Below, one piece after another: positions 52,492-64,000 of a DNA stretch of 64,000 nt. A program made the position numbers and the translations under genes. This stretch comes from Thalia democratica. Taxonomy: Eukaryota. The stretch spans positions 1 through 64,000 of the forward strand of contig CBDBBG010000078.1 in NCBI GenBank assembly GCA_965202585.1. Direction: 5' to 3'. A model generated the notes under the pieces. That model was not told where the DNA came from, made no database searches, and was given only the letters and a program-made list of their open reading frames with translations. Every line of letters begins with the position of its first letter. The first letter of the stretch is position 1.

Positions 52492-54144
52492 CTTTTGTTA
52501 ACTTATCGTTAAGTATTTAGTGTTCAACTTATTTATAAGTATAAATGTTTTTGTCATATTCTAAACTTAATTATTTGTTTATATTTTGTTATGTTACTTC
52601 AAAAAATGAATATATAGTTTTAATAATCAACATTTAGAACTATAGTTTTACTTATTTTATGCAAAGATTTCGTCTTCAGTATCTACTAAGTTCTTTTGAT
52701 CTTTTTTACTTTTTAGATAGTTTAGTAAAATGCATAGTTTAATAACAATTTTGTTGCTTATTATAACTACGTAATGCTAAAATACAAAATTTTGTTGTTT
52801 GATTTTATGCAAGTTTACATTAATTGCTAAAATAACCGATTTACTAGTGATTTAAGTTTATTTCAAAACTAAAGTAGTTTTACATTAAATTTAAATCACT
52901 ATTTAATAGTTTATCTGCAGCTTTTTAAATTGAAGTAAGTTTTTAATAATACTACTGGAAATTCTCAAATACGTATACCAAAATTAAATTTTTGCTTTAA
53001 CAAATGCTATCAAAATTTTATTCATAAAGTTATTTTTAATTTTAGTTTAGATGTCTAAAAATACTATATGTTAGATAATTTTCGTTGGTTTTACATTTTT
53101 GACTTTATCAAATTAAAATTATAGTTTACTATAATAATTTAAACATAAACAAAACATTAAGAATTTTTATTGTTTTGCTACTTTGTTTAAAGAAATTTTA
53201 ACATCTCATTAAAATAGTCGTTTAAATCTTTGTTTATAATATAAAAAAGCATTGTAAATCACTGTGATACTTGTTTTATTTCTTTTATAATTTAGTGCAA
53301 AATATTTTTGTTATTTTTTTTTTTCTTTTTAATTTTACTTAAGCTAATGGGACTTTATAACTTTTTAACGTAAATAAAAAAACCGTTTTTACCATTTTTA
53401 TTAATAAAAGAAATTAGTCTTTTGATGTTTTAACTTTATTATTTATTCAGCTATTGTCAACCAATATTTATCAAAAAATAATTTTGCAAAGCCAAATTTT
53501 ATTTTTTAAAATCGCATCTTTTTTGATAATATAGGGCAAAACTTGTAACTTGTTTTTAATAGTCTTTGTAAATATTCATAGTAACCTTAAAAAAACAAGT
53601 TTTTTGATACATATTTGGTTACTTAAATTGTTCAGAATTCTAGGTAAACTATCAGTCTTTTAATTATATCTTTTATTTGTCTAAATTTTAATCATCAATA
53701 TGTTGTGTAATTTTTAAACCTTTTTTAAGTGTTTAAAAAATTTTTGATAAATGAAGCAAATAAGTTGCAATAAATCTTAAAAGATGTTAATTCAACAAAA
53801 TAGTTTAGTTTAAAAAATATTTAAGTTGATAAAGTCGAAAAGTTTTAAGTATTCAGTAAAAGAACAATTGACTTGATATTTATTATTATGGAGTTATTTA
53901 GAATATGTTTAAATAAAAAAAATAAAAATGTTTTAACTTAGTATTCTGTTAAACCACTTCCAATTTCTTACCGTTCAGAACTTAATTGGATATCATTACA
54001 CAAAGATATTCCTTAATGAAATCTTAATTTTAAATTGTTTTGTAAGTTTTTTGCCGAAAAACCGCAATAACAAACTATAAAGTAACTAGCACCATACTGT
54101 CATTAATTCAAATACTTTTAGATCTCGTAAAAAACTAAAACTTC

Positions 54145-56645
54145 AAAGCAAGCAATATGTGTTATACCATTAAGTTTACGTATTAAAAAAGTTGTTAGTG
54201 AATTGAAAGCAACAGTTTGTTTTGTGAATTTTTTTTTTAAATTATCTATATAACTCTTTTTGATACCATTATAAAAGCATTGAAAAATAATAACAATATG
54301 AGAATATTATTTTAGCTCAAGTTATATAAACTTTTTTTTTTGAATTTTAATGTAGCAAAAATGTTCAACTGATTTTCGTGAATGATTTAAAAGGTTAAAA
54401 ATCACTTTTAAATAGTTACGTTTAGTTTGTCTAAAGTTTGATATATTTTTTAAGCTGAAACTGACCTAAATGATACAGAACAGAAGCTTTAATACACAAA
54501 AAAGAACTATTTAATAAATCATATTCTTTAAATACATAAGTATTTAAGAGATAAAAAATAAATTGCAGTTTTTTTTTAAATTCTCTAAAATTAGTAGTTT
54601 TAACGTCAAAATATTAATTATGCCTTTTTTATCTAACAAAATAATTATATTTGTTAACATTTTAAAATTATCTCTCTGTTAATAAAACGCTTGTTGAAAC
54701 TAAATTAAAATTAAAATTTAAAAAAACTTATCTTTAATAAAAAGTTTATTTCTAAAACAGTTTTAAAACATTTTCTAAATTTTTGTTAACACATAGTTTT
54801 CTACAAATGTCTATATCAAAAGATTTTTTGTTTTTAAGTTATAGATTTCCATTTTTGTTCTGTAAATTTTCTTGGAATTTTAGAAAAGTATTAAAGTATA
54901 TCTTAAAATGTTATAGGTTTTGCTTCAATTGATACTTTTACGCTTTTTACTTCATAGATATGTAAAATAAAAATAAAAAATAGTAAAATAGTATTTTTTT
55001 ATAAAGACTTTACAATACTTTTAGTTTTTAAATATAAACTCGAATAAAAAAAAAATAGTTTGTTTTAATTTGACTAAACTCGATCGTGTTTTTTTTTGGT
55101 ATAACATTATTTTTTAATCTAAAAATTTTTTTTAACTTAATTTAAAATAAATGTACAAGTATTTCTTGTTATTATAATTTTACAAAGCTTAAAACTAAAA
55201 ACTTACTTTAGAAAACTATTCGACTTGTTAAAAAGAAGACTTGTTTAACTAAACAAATCTAAGATAAACCAAAATAAAACTTCCTAAAATCTTATTATCG
55301 TTTTTAAACCGTATTAAATTCATATCATTGCTTAAAATAAAAAGATCTTATTTAGTATATCTTTATGTATTTTGACTTTTAACTTGAGCAACTAAAGCAA
55401 GCAATATATGTTATACCATTAAGTTTACGTATTAAAAAAGTTGTTAGTGAATTGAAAGGAACAGTTTGTTTTGTGAATTTTTTATTTTAAAATTATTTGT
55501 ATAACTCTTTTTGATACCATTATAAAAGCATTGAAAAATAATAACAATATGAGAATATTATTTTAGCTCAAGTTATATAAACTTTTTTTTTTGAATTTTA
55601 ATGTAGCAAAAATGTTCAACTGATTTTCGTGAATGATTTAAAAGGTTAAAAATCACTTTTAAATAGTTACGTTTAGTTTGTCTAAAGTTTGATATATTTT
55701 TTAAGCTGAAACTGACCTAAATGATACAGAACAGAAGCTTTAATACACAAAAAAGAATTATTTAATAAATCATATTCTTTAAATATATAAGTATTTGAGA
55801 GATAAAAAATAAATTGCAGTTTTTTTTTAAATTCTCTAAAATTAGTAGTTTTAACGTCAAAATATTAATTATGCCTTTTTAATCTAACAAAATATATATA
55901 TTTGTTAACATTTTAAAAATTATCCTCTCTGTTAATAAAACTCTTGTTGAAACTAAATTAAAATTAAAATTTAAAAAAACTTATCTTTAATAAAAAGTTT
56001 ATTTCTAAAACAGTTTTATAACATTTTCTAAATTTTTGTTAACACATAGTTTTCTACAAATGTCTATATCAAAAGGTTTTTTGTTTTTAAGTTACAGATT
56101 TCCATTTTTGTTCTGTAAATTTTCTTGGAATTTTAGAAAAGTATTAAAGTATATCTTAAAATGTTATAGGTTTTGCTTCAATTGTTACTTTTACGCTTTT
56201 TACTTCATAGATTTGTAAAATAAAAAAAAATAATAGTAAAATAGTATTTTTTTATAAAGACTTTACAATACTTTTATTTTTTAAGTATAAACTCAAATTA
56301 AAAAAAAAATAGTTTGTTTTAATTTGACTAAACTCGATCGTGTTTTTTTTGGTATAACATTATTTTTTTTAATCTAAAATTTTTTTTTAACTTAATTTAA
56401 AATAAATGTACAAGTATTTCTTGTTATTATAATTTTACAAAGCTTAAAACTAAAAACTTACTTTAGAAAACTATTCGACTTGTTAAAAAGAAGACTTTTT
56501 TAACTAAACAAATCTAAGATAAACCAAAATAAAACTTCCTGAAATTTTAATATCGTTTTTAAACTGTATTAAATTCATATCATTGCTTAAAATAAGACGA
56601 TCTTATTTAGAATATCTTTATTTATTAAGACTTTTAACTTGAACA
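54145..56645 (+). repeat. Recent ~1.25-kb direct tandem duplication
   Basis: AAAGCAAGCAATAT starts at 54145 and again at 55394. The two units are nearly identical. The paralogous region near 62.4-63.7 kb is single-copy. Confidence 0.93.
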
Positions 56646-57337
56646 AATGTTTCTTATGACTTAGTTGAAGAATTCCTTTACCGTTTATAAAGAAACTTAA
56701 CGCTTTATTGGTTTATAAAAAACATTTTAAAGGAATATTTGACAATGTAAATGTTACACAAATATAAAAAGTATTCCTAAAACAAAATATTTGTTTATTA
56801 TACTGCCACTGTTTATCATTAAAACCTTTCTATTAGTAGTTTAAATTAATAATTTGAAGTTAGTTTTAAAAATAATTTATTCTCTTTATACTATAAATAT
56901 ATTTTTTTAATAAAAAAGTAACTTAAAATAATTTCCTGCTGTTGTAACTAGTTTTAAAAGGTATAGTATTTAGTAATTTATTAAATTTAAGTTATATTTC
57001 CTACTAATTCAAAAGATAACTTATTTTAAAGCAGTTTAAGGAGACTATAACTTAAGCTTAAAACTTAAACATTTGTAAAAATATAAAGTTCTTTTATATT
57101 TTTAGTAGAAGAATTAAAATATTGTAAAGTTTTGCCAAACGTTAAAACTTATAAATTAAATAACAAATTTGTGTTCAAGTTACCACTATCTTTAAAGTGA
57201 TTAAAACTGCATGACAAAAGGAAAACGAACTTAATGAGTAATTTTCTCAATTTTAATTAAGTCAAAAAACTGACAAACAGTCTGTATTTTCAAATTAACA
57301 ACAATTTTTTGTATTTAATAAAACATTTTACGAACAG

Positions 57338-60300
57338 TTTGTGCCATCCAACCTCAATGTGGGTGCAATACCAAATAAAAAAGTTACACATGTTGGAAAA
57401 ACAAATTAACTTTCTTATACTGGAAGCTGATGATGTTTTGAATGATTTGAATAGGTATGTTTTGACTACTGTTTCAAACTAAAACTTAGGAGTAGCAACC
57501 TTTTTCTAAATTTTTAACTAGTTATAACATGTCGTGTAAAACTTTAATGAAATAATTCTTAACTACAAAAGTATTTGAAAAATGGTTAATTAGTATCAAC
57601 AGTGTTGTTTATATTAAAGTGTAAGTGTTAATTAAGTATGTAATATAAATTAAAAGCTTAACGTAAGTTTTACTTAAAAGCTTTAATAAAATGCAAATTT
57701 TCATAGTCATAAAATTAAGCTTTTAGTAAATAAAAAAGAAGTTGTAATAAAATTTCACTATAAATAATTCAACAGACAAACTAAAAATAAACTGGAATAA
57801 AAGATGAAATTTATCAAATGTAGTTTTTGTTCAGCATAGCTTTGTACATCTGATAAATTTACAGTTTTTATTTTTAATAATCAGAACAAGTCAATTATTT
57901 TGTTAATAAATTGCGGCTAGTAAATATATCTACAATAAAACTTTTAAATTATACTACTATACAAAACACTTATAATTCAATAAATAATTGCATCATTTAC
58001 GCATGAAACATCATTTTCATCCGATGATTAGATTTATCGCGTAACAAGTTCACGCGTGAGCTCGATAAATGACATTAAGTTGATAGCTGTTAATGAGATT
58101 AAATGGTAATTTATGTACTAAATGACATGCGTTTAGCAAAGAACCAACACAACAAACTTTTGTTGAACCTTTTTTCTACAGTTTTAAAAAGGTTAAAAAA
58201 TTACAATAACTTTTTTTTCTTTAATGGTTTAAAAATTTTGAAATCAACTTCGTTTTATTATGTTTGTGATAAAAATTCTAAAAACGAACTACATTTAAGT
58301 ATTTATCGGTTATATACCAGAAACTGATTAATTTAAATAACCTTAGAACAAAAATTAGTTACAAATAATAAATTTTATATGATTATAATCTTTTATTAAA
58401 ATTGACAACTACTAGTGTGTTTGAGCTTTTATTAACTATATGTAAAAATAAACTACATATAATTCTATATACTTTTTTTCTCGTTACTATGTTTACATTA
58501 AGCTTTTTTTCAATAGATCTTTCAACTTTCTATAACAAATACTAGTTGTAAATCTCGTAGAAACTCAGTTATCGTAGAAGAAGAAGTAGAATTATTGGAT
58601 ATCAAAGCTGAAGTTTTGTACGGAAAACTAGTTGAAATACTTGGCGGAAATGTCGATCATGCAGAAGTTGAATATATTATAAAACTAGTAAGTTTGTTTG
58701 AAACCAAGAAAATAAACCAAGAAAAATAAACCAAGAAAATGATAAAATAAAACTTTTTCAAAATTTTTTGAATAATAAAAAATATCAACAGTTGTGCTTT
58801 TTGACATTATATTGTTTACACTCTTACAAAAAAACACTTGAAAAAAAAATATTAAAAATTTATTTTAATTTTATTTTATCTGTAAAGTACTATACGCATT
58901 GATCATTTTAAAATTATGACTTTTATTTTTTTTAAGCAAAAGTACTGTATGAGTTGGGATAAGCAACGTAAGGCCCGCAAGTCTAAGTATAGGAATGTTT
59001 GGCCCGCGATGTAACATTTAGATTAAGAATTATATATTTAAATCAACTAATTTTTTTAGGGTGTGTTTTTAATTTGGTTCTACTTTAACAAAATGCTTAT
59101 TAACACCAGTTTTATTGATTTTTTGACTTAAAATTTTTTTTTAATTATCTTTATAGTACATTTTTCAAAATAAAGCAGCTCGATAAGACATTTTCAAACA
59201 ATTCTGGTCCGCTGATTAAAAAAGCCGCCTACTCAAATTGAAATATCAACATATTTTTACTGCAGAACTGTTATTAATTTCACGTAAATTAAATATTAAA
59301 GAGTCTTCAAGCTACGAAAAAATTATGTTTGTATCTGAATACAGTAAAACTTATGTCAATTAAAAAATTAAGGATTATTTTAAGTTCTACTAAAGGTATA
59401 AGTTTTAAAATAACATATAATCTTTATTGTTAATATACTTGGCATTATTTTAAGTATAAAAATTTTAAAGTGTTTTTTTTTTAGGTTTAAATAATGCCAC
59501 ATGATTATAAAAGCCCTTAAAACTTAGAACTTTGTTGACTTTTGATGGTCTAGAACTGTTGTAAGACTTTTACAAGTTAGAAGTCAATACAAACATTTAT
59601 TAAAAATTACATACTATTTATAATTGTTGCTTGATATAAATAATTAATGCTATTATATTGTTTAAAACTGATGATTTTTCATTTAAAGGTTAGCTTTTTA
59701 AACGAAAGCGAAGAAAACGCAAAAGAAGCTGATAATAAAGAAGAACAGTTTATTAATGAATCAAGTGGTAGAACTAAGAAGTTAAGTTCAATAACTTATA
59801 GAGACAATGTTTTATTCAAAATTCCAGAATTGCACGTTCGGTTAAGACAGTTACAAAATAATGCGCTGATAGCCAAACAAATTACAAAACTAGTGAGTTT
59901 GGTATTGTTCTACAATTATTTGAGTATAAAAGTTTTAACTTACAAGGATAACTTATTATTTGTGGACCTTTTGACTATTGTTTAACTAGCCAAGCCTTTC
60001 TATAACAAATATTTTAAAAAAATAACTGATTTAAGAACAAGTACTATATTTAAATTATTATTATAATAGAAAAAAAGCTATTTTATAAACAAAAATTGCT
60101 ACTAACAATATTTTTTTTTTAAATAAATAAAGTAAAATTTTATTACAAACTTATGCTTTACTTTATTAATAAAAAAATAAAAACAGATAACACAAGAAAT
60201 TCAAGTGAGTTTGAAAGACGATAGAGACATGAAAAAAACGCGGCAAATCATCATGGAAAGGGAAAAGCTCATCAAAGTCATACAGGAGAAATACAACGTA

Positions 60301-60780
60301 GTCCAAAACTACATGGCTAATTCAAAATCGGCCAAATTAGTCGTTTCAGCTTTGCGCAGTGACGCTAAACTGATCGAACATATTTACTCCATGCTTGATG
60401 GCGTGTCGGTTTTTGTTGGTGACTTGGAGAAGGCTTTGAAAGAAGAAAAAATAAACCAAAGTTCTAGTCAGTTTAAAACTGTAAGCTTAAAGAATAATTC
60501 AACATTAAACTCTGTACTTGTAAGTTTCGGAAACTACAGTAGAGAAACAACATACAAAAAAGAATCAGTTTCTTATCTTACAACGAAACTTGCCAAAAAC
60601 AAAAATACTTACAAAAATTTCTCCCGGACTGTGTGTAGTTTCACGAAATGGGACGAGTTTATACAGAATATTGAAAAAAGAACTGCGTTTGCTTTCGAAG
60701 ACTTGAAAAACTTAAATCAAATACAACAAGATAAAGAGTCAATCAAGAGCAAATTAGAAGAACTTTACTATAAAACTTAA
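57338..60780 (+). CDS. Coiled-coil protein, copy 3; four open exons, no adjacent galaxin-like exon
   Basis: Exons 57338-57454, 58561-58687, 59689-59892, 60187-60780 are open with canonical donors (GTATGT, GTAAGT, GTGAGT). An in-frame ATG at 57357 would give 340 aa. Confidence 0.8.
58954..59240 (+). mobile_element. Same degenerate Charlie-like MITE in copy 3
   Basis: Homologous to 22418-22703. It is absent from the equivalent intron of copy 2. Confidence 0.5.
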
Positions 60781-63700
60781 CTTTTATATACCTAATTTTA
60801 AGTATTGATTGTGTAACTTATTTACAAAAATGAATGTTTTTGTCATGTTTAGAACTTGTTTGTTTGTTTATATTTTTATGCTTTTTCATTAAATGAATAA
60901 TTAGTTGTATTAATCACCGTCCAGAACTCTAGTTTTTACTTATGATACGCAAATGTTTCGTGTTCGATCTCTTTTATATTCTGTTGATCTATTTTACCTT
61001 GAAGATAGTATAGTTAACTAATTGGTTTAGTAAAATTATCATTTAGCTCTTTATAATTTCTTATAGTATTTAATTTTACGCAAGTTTACATTAATCGCTA
61101 AAATCAACAATTAACTAACGATTTGAGTTTATTTCAAAACTAAAGTAGTTTTACATTAAATTTAAATCACTATTAAATTGTTTATCTGCAGCTTTTTAAA
61201 TTGTAGTGATTTTGTGAAAATAATACTATAATTGCTCAAAAACGTGTACTAAATTGCAATCTTTTCGAAACAAAAGTTATCAAAATTTTATTCGTTAAGT
61301 TATTTTTAACTTTAATATATATGTAAAAAATTACTTTATTTTATACTATTTTGATTAGTCTTACACTTTTAACTTTATCAAATTAAGATTTTAGTTTCTA
61401 TAATATTCTGGACACAACAAAACTCAACGAATTTTAATCTTTTTGCTAATTTTTTGTGAACAATTTTTAACACCTCATTAAGATAATTGCTTAATTCTTC
61501 ATCAATAATATAAACATATTTTGTTAATCACTGTGATACTTGCTTTAGTTTTTTAAAACTAATTGCAAAATATCTATGTTATTTTTCATTCCTATTATTG
61601 TTTTTAAGTTAATTTGACTCTATAAGCTTAAAATGTAAATAAAAAACTGTTTAAAGCATTTTTTTTAATAAAATAAATTAAATTTACATGTTTTAATATC
61701 GTTATTTTTTTAGCTTCTGTCAACCAATATATATATATATATATCAAAAATATAAATTTGCCGGGCAAAATAGTATTTTAAAACTTAGCATTTTTCTTGA
61801 TAAGGTATAGGCTAAGTTTATATCTTGTTTTAAACAGTCTTTGTTAATATTTATGATAGTATAATACTAACGTTGACAAAACAAGTTTTTTGATAGAAGT
61901 TTGGTTTTTTAAATTGATCAGTGTTCTTGGTAAACGATCTAGTTATATCATTTCTTTGTTTTAACTTTAATCTTCAAAGTTTTGTGTTGTCCTTAAACCT
62001 TTTTCAACTGTTTCAAAATATTTTGATAAATGTATCAAACACATTGAAATAAGTCGTGGTTCATTCATTAAAAAAATTTCAAATTCTTAAACTTTTAATT
62101 TGATAAGTTCAAAGGTTTGGTTTTGGCTAGTTAGTAAATAAGCAATTGACTTGGTTTTTATTATTAATAAGTTATTTTAATTATGTTTGAATAAAAAAAT
62201 TAAAAAAGTTTAAGCTTAAAATTCTTTAAACCACTTCCAATTTTTTATCGTTCAGAACTTAATTGGATATCATTTCATCAAGACATTCCATAACAATCTT
62301 AATCCGAAATTGTTTTGCAAGTTTCTTTACCATTAAACCGCAATAACAAACTATAAAGTAGCTAGCACCATACTGCCCTAACTTCAAATTTTTTTTGATG
62401 ATGTAAAAGAATAAGAATTAAAAGAGAACAATATGTGTTACACCATGAAGTTTACTTCTTAAAAAAGTGAAAGTTAATTTGAAAGCAACAGTTTTTTTTG
62501 TGAATTTTTTATAAAAAAAATTACTTATATATCTCGTTTTGACATCATTATGAAAGCATTAAGAAAAAATTGCATTACGAGAATATTATTTTAGCTTAAG
62601 TTAAATAAACTACTTTTTGAGTTTTAATGATAGCAAAAACGTTTAAGTGATTCTCATAACTGATTTTATAGGTTAAAAGTCACTTTTAAATACTTACATT
62701 TAGTTTGTCTGTAGTTTTGATATATTTTTAAAGCTGAAACTGACCTAAATGATACGAAACAGAAGCTTTAATACACAAAAAAAAGATATATTTAATAAAT
62801 GACATTCTTCAAGTATTTAAGGGAATAAATAATAAATTGCAGTTTTTTAATACAATTTTCTAAAGTTAGTAGTTTCAACGTCAAAATAATAATTGTTCCT
62901 TTTTTATCAAACAAAAGTATTTCACAAAATTGATATATTTGTTAGCATTGTAATAATTATCATCTCTGTTTATAAAAATCTTGTTAAAACTAAATTTCGA
63001 TTGTAATTTTTGAAAACGTTATCTTTTATTAAAAGATTGTTTCTAAAATGATATTTTTTTTGATATTTCGTCAACACTTAGTTTTCTACAAATGTTTACT
63101 TCAAAAGATTTTTTTGTTTGTTAGTAATATCTTAAATTTACTTTCATTTAAGTTTTTGTTCTATAAATTTTCTTTGAACTAAAGAAAAGAACTATAATAA
63201 AGCTAAAAACGTTATAGGTTTTGCTTAAATTGTTACTTTTACGCTTAAAACTTCATAGATTTGTAAAATTTATCATCGTGCAAAATCACAAAACAAATTA
63301 ACATTCTTTTTTATATAGACTTTATAATACTAGTGGCTTTTAATTATGAATAAAATTTAGTTTTTTTTATTTGACTAAACTCAATCGATTTTTTTGGTAT
63401 ATTAAAAACTTTTTTTAAAATCTAAACAAAGTTTTAAACCTAGTTTAAAATTGATGTATAAGTTTTTTGATAAATATAATTTCACAAAGTTAAAACTAAA
63501 AACTGACTTTAGAAAATTATTCGACTTGTTAAAATGTAGACATGTTTTACTATATAAATCTAAGATAAAAATATAATAAGTTACAACAAAATAAAAATCC
63601 TAAAATTTTATTACCGTTTTTAAAATGTAACACATTCATACCTTTGCTTAAATTAAAACGATTGTAAATCTTGATTAGTTCTTCTTTATATATTAAGAAT

Positions 63701-64000
63701 TTTAAATTTTAACAAATTTTTCTTAAGGCTTAGTTGAAGAATTTCTTTATAGTTTAAAAAAAAATCACGCTTTATTTGTTAATACAAAACATTTGAAAGG
63801 AATATTTCACGTAGTAAATATTAAAGATATATGAAAACTACTCTAAAATTAAAATATTTGTTTATTATACTAACACTGTTTATCATAAACATTTTTTTTA
63901 ATAGTAATTTTAATTAATAATTTAAACTAAGTTTTAAAATTAATTTGTTTTCAATATATTATGGGTTAATTATTTAACAATTAACTTAAAATAACTTTCT

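Larger units (their letters stand above)
48703..64000 (+). repeat. Tandem duplication of the coiled-coil gene block (about 48703-57242 and 57243 to beyond 64000)
   Basis: Homology begins at tttctcaatttta.tta.gtcaaaaaactgacaaaca in both copies. Exons and 3-prime flanks are colinear, and some introns are replaced. Confidence 0.88.

Noticed and set aside
1-64000. Duplicated units as uncollapsed allelic haplotypes
   Set aside because: There are three mutually diverged copies, one of them inverted, with copy-specific TE insertions and replaced introns. This is more consistent with paralogy, although read-depth confirmation is still needed.
1-64000. tRNA, rRNA, CRISPR arrays, telomeric repeats
   Set aside because: None seen. 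The 52-bp and 13-bp (58701-58740) tandem repeats lack unique spacers.

Overview
Very AT-rich, intron-containing animal-type genomic DNA with a 100-N assembly gap at 21001-21100. The organism is not identifiable from the window. Most of it is local segmental duplication. (1) A ~10-kb unit occurs three times: A ~1990-12011 (+), B 12012-21000 (inverted) and C ~25564-35365 (+). Each unit carries a 5-exon gene for a minimal RING-CH/two-TM MARCH-type E3 ligase (intact in all three copies), facing a 6-exon gene for a small Cys-rich type-I membrane protein. Each unit also has a shared MITE and a ~1-kb foldback element. (2) A and B form a large inverted repeat around a 1.56-kb single-copy spacer that holds the signal-peptide exons of the membrane-protein gene. 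Arm A has intact exons 3-6 but no leader; arm B has the leader but a frameshifted TM exon. This looks like a potential inversion switch. (3) A multi-exon coiled-coil gene occurs in three copies (21.8-24.8, 47.1-52.5, 57.3-60.8 kb). Only one copy has an upstream galaxin-like di-cysteine exon. (4) An internally deleted Tigger/pogo transposon is inserted in unit A only. Most short ORFs in the supplied track are exon fragments, antisense shadows or spurious. All gene models were spliced by hand from GT-AG sites, phase compatibility and paralog comparison. Identity figures are estimates by eye.
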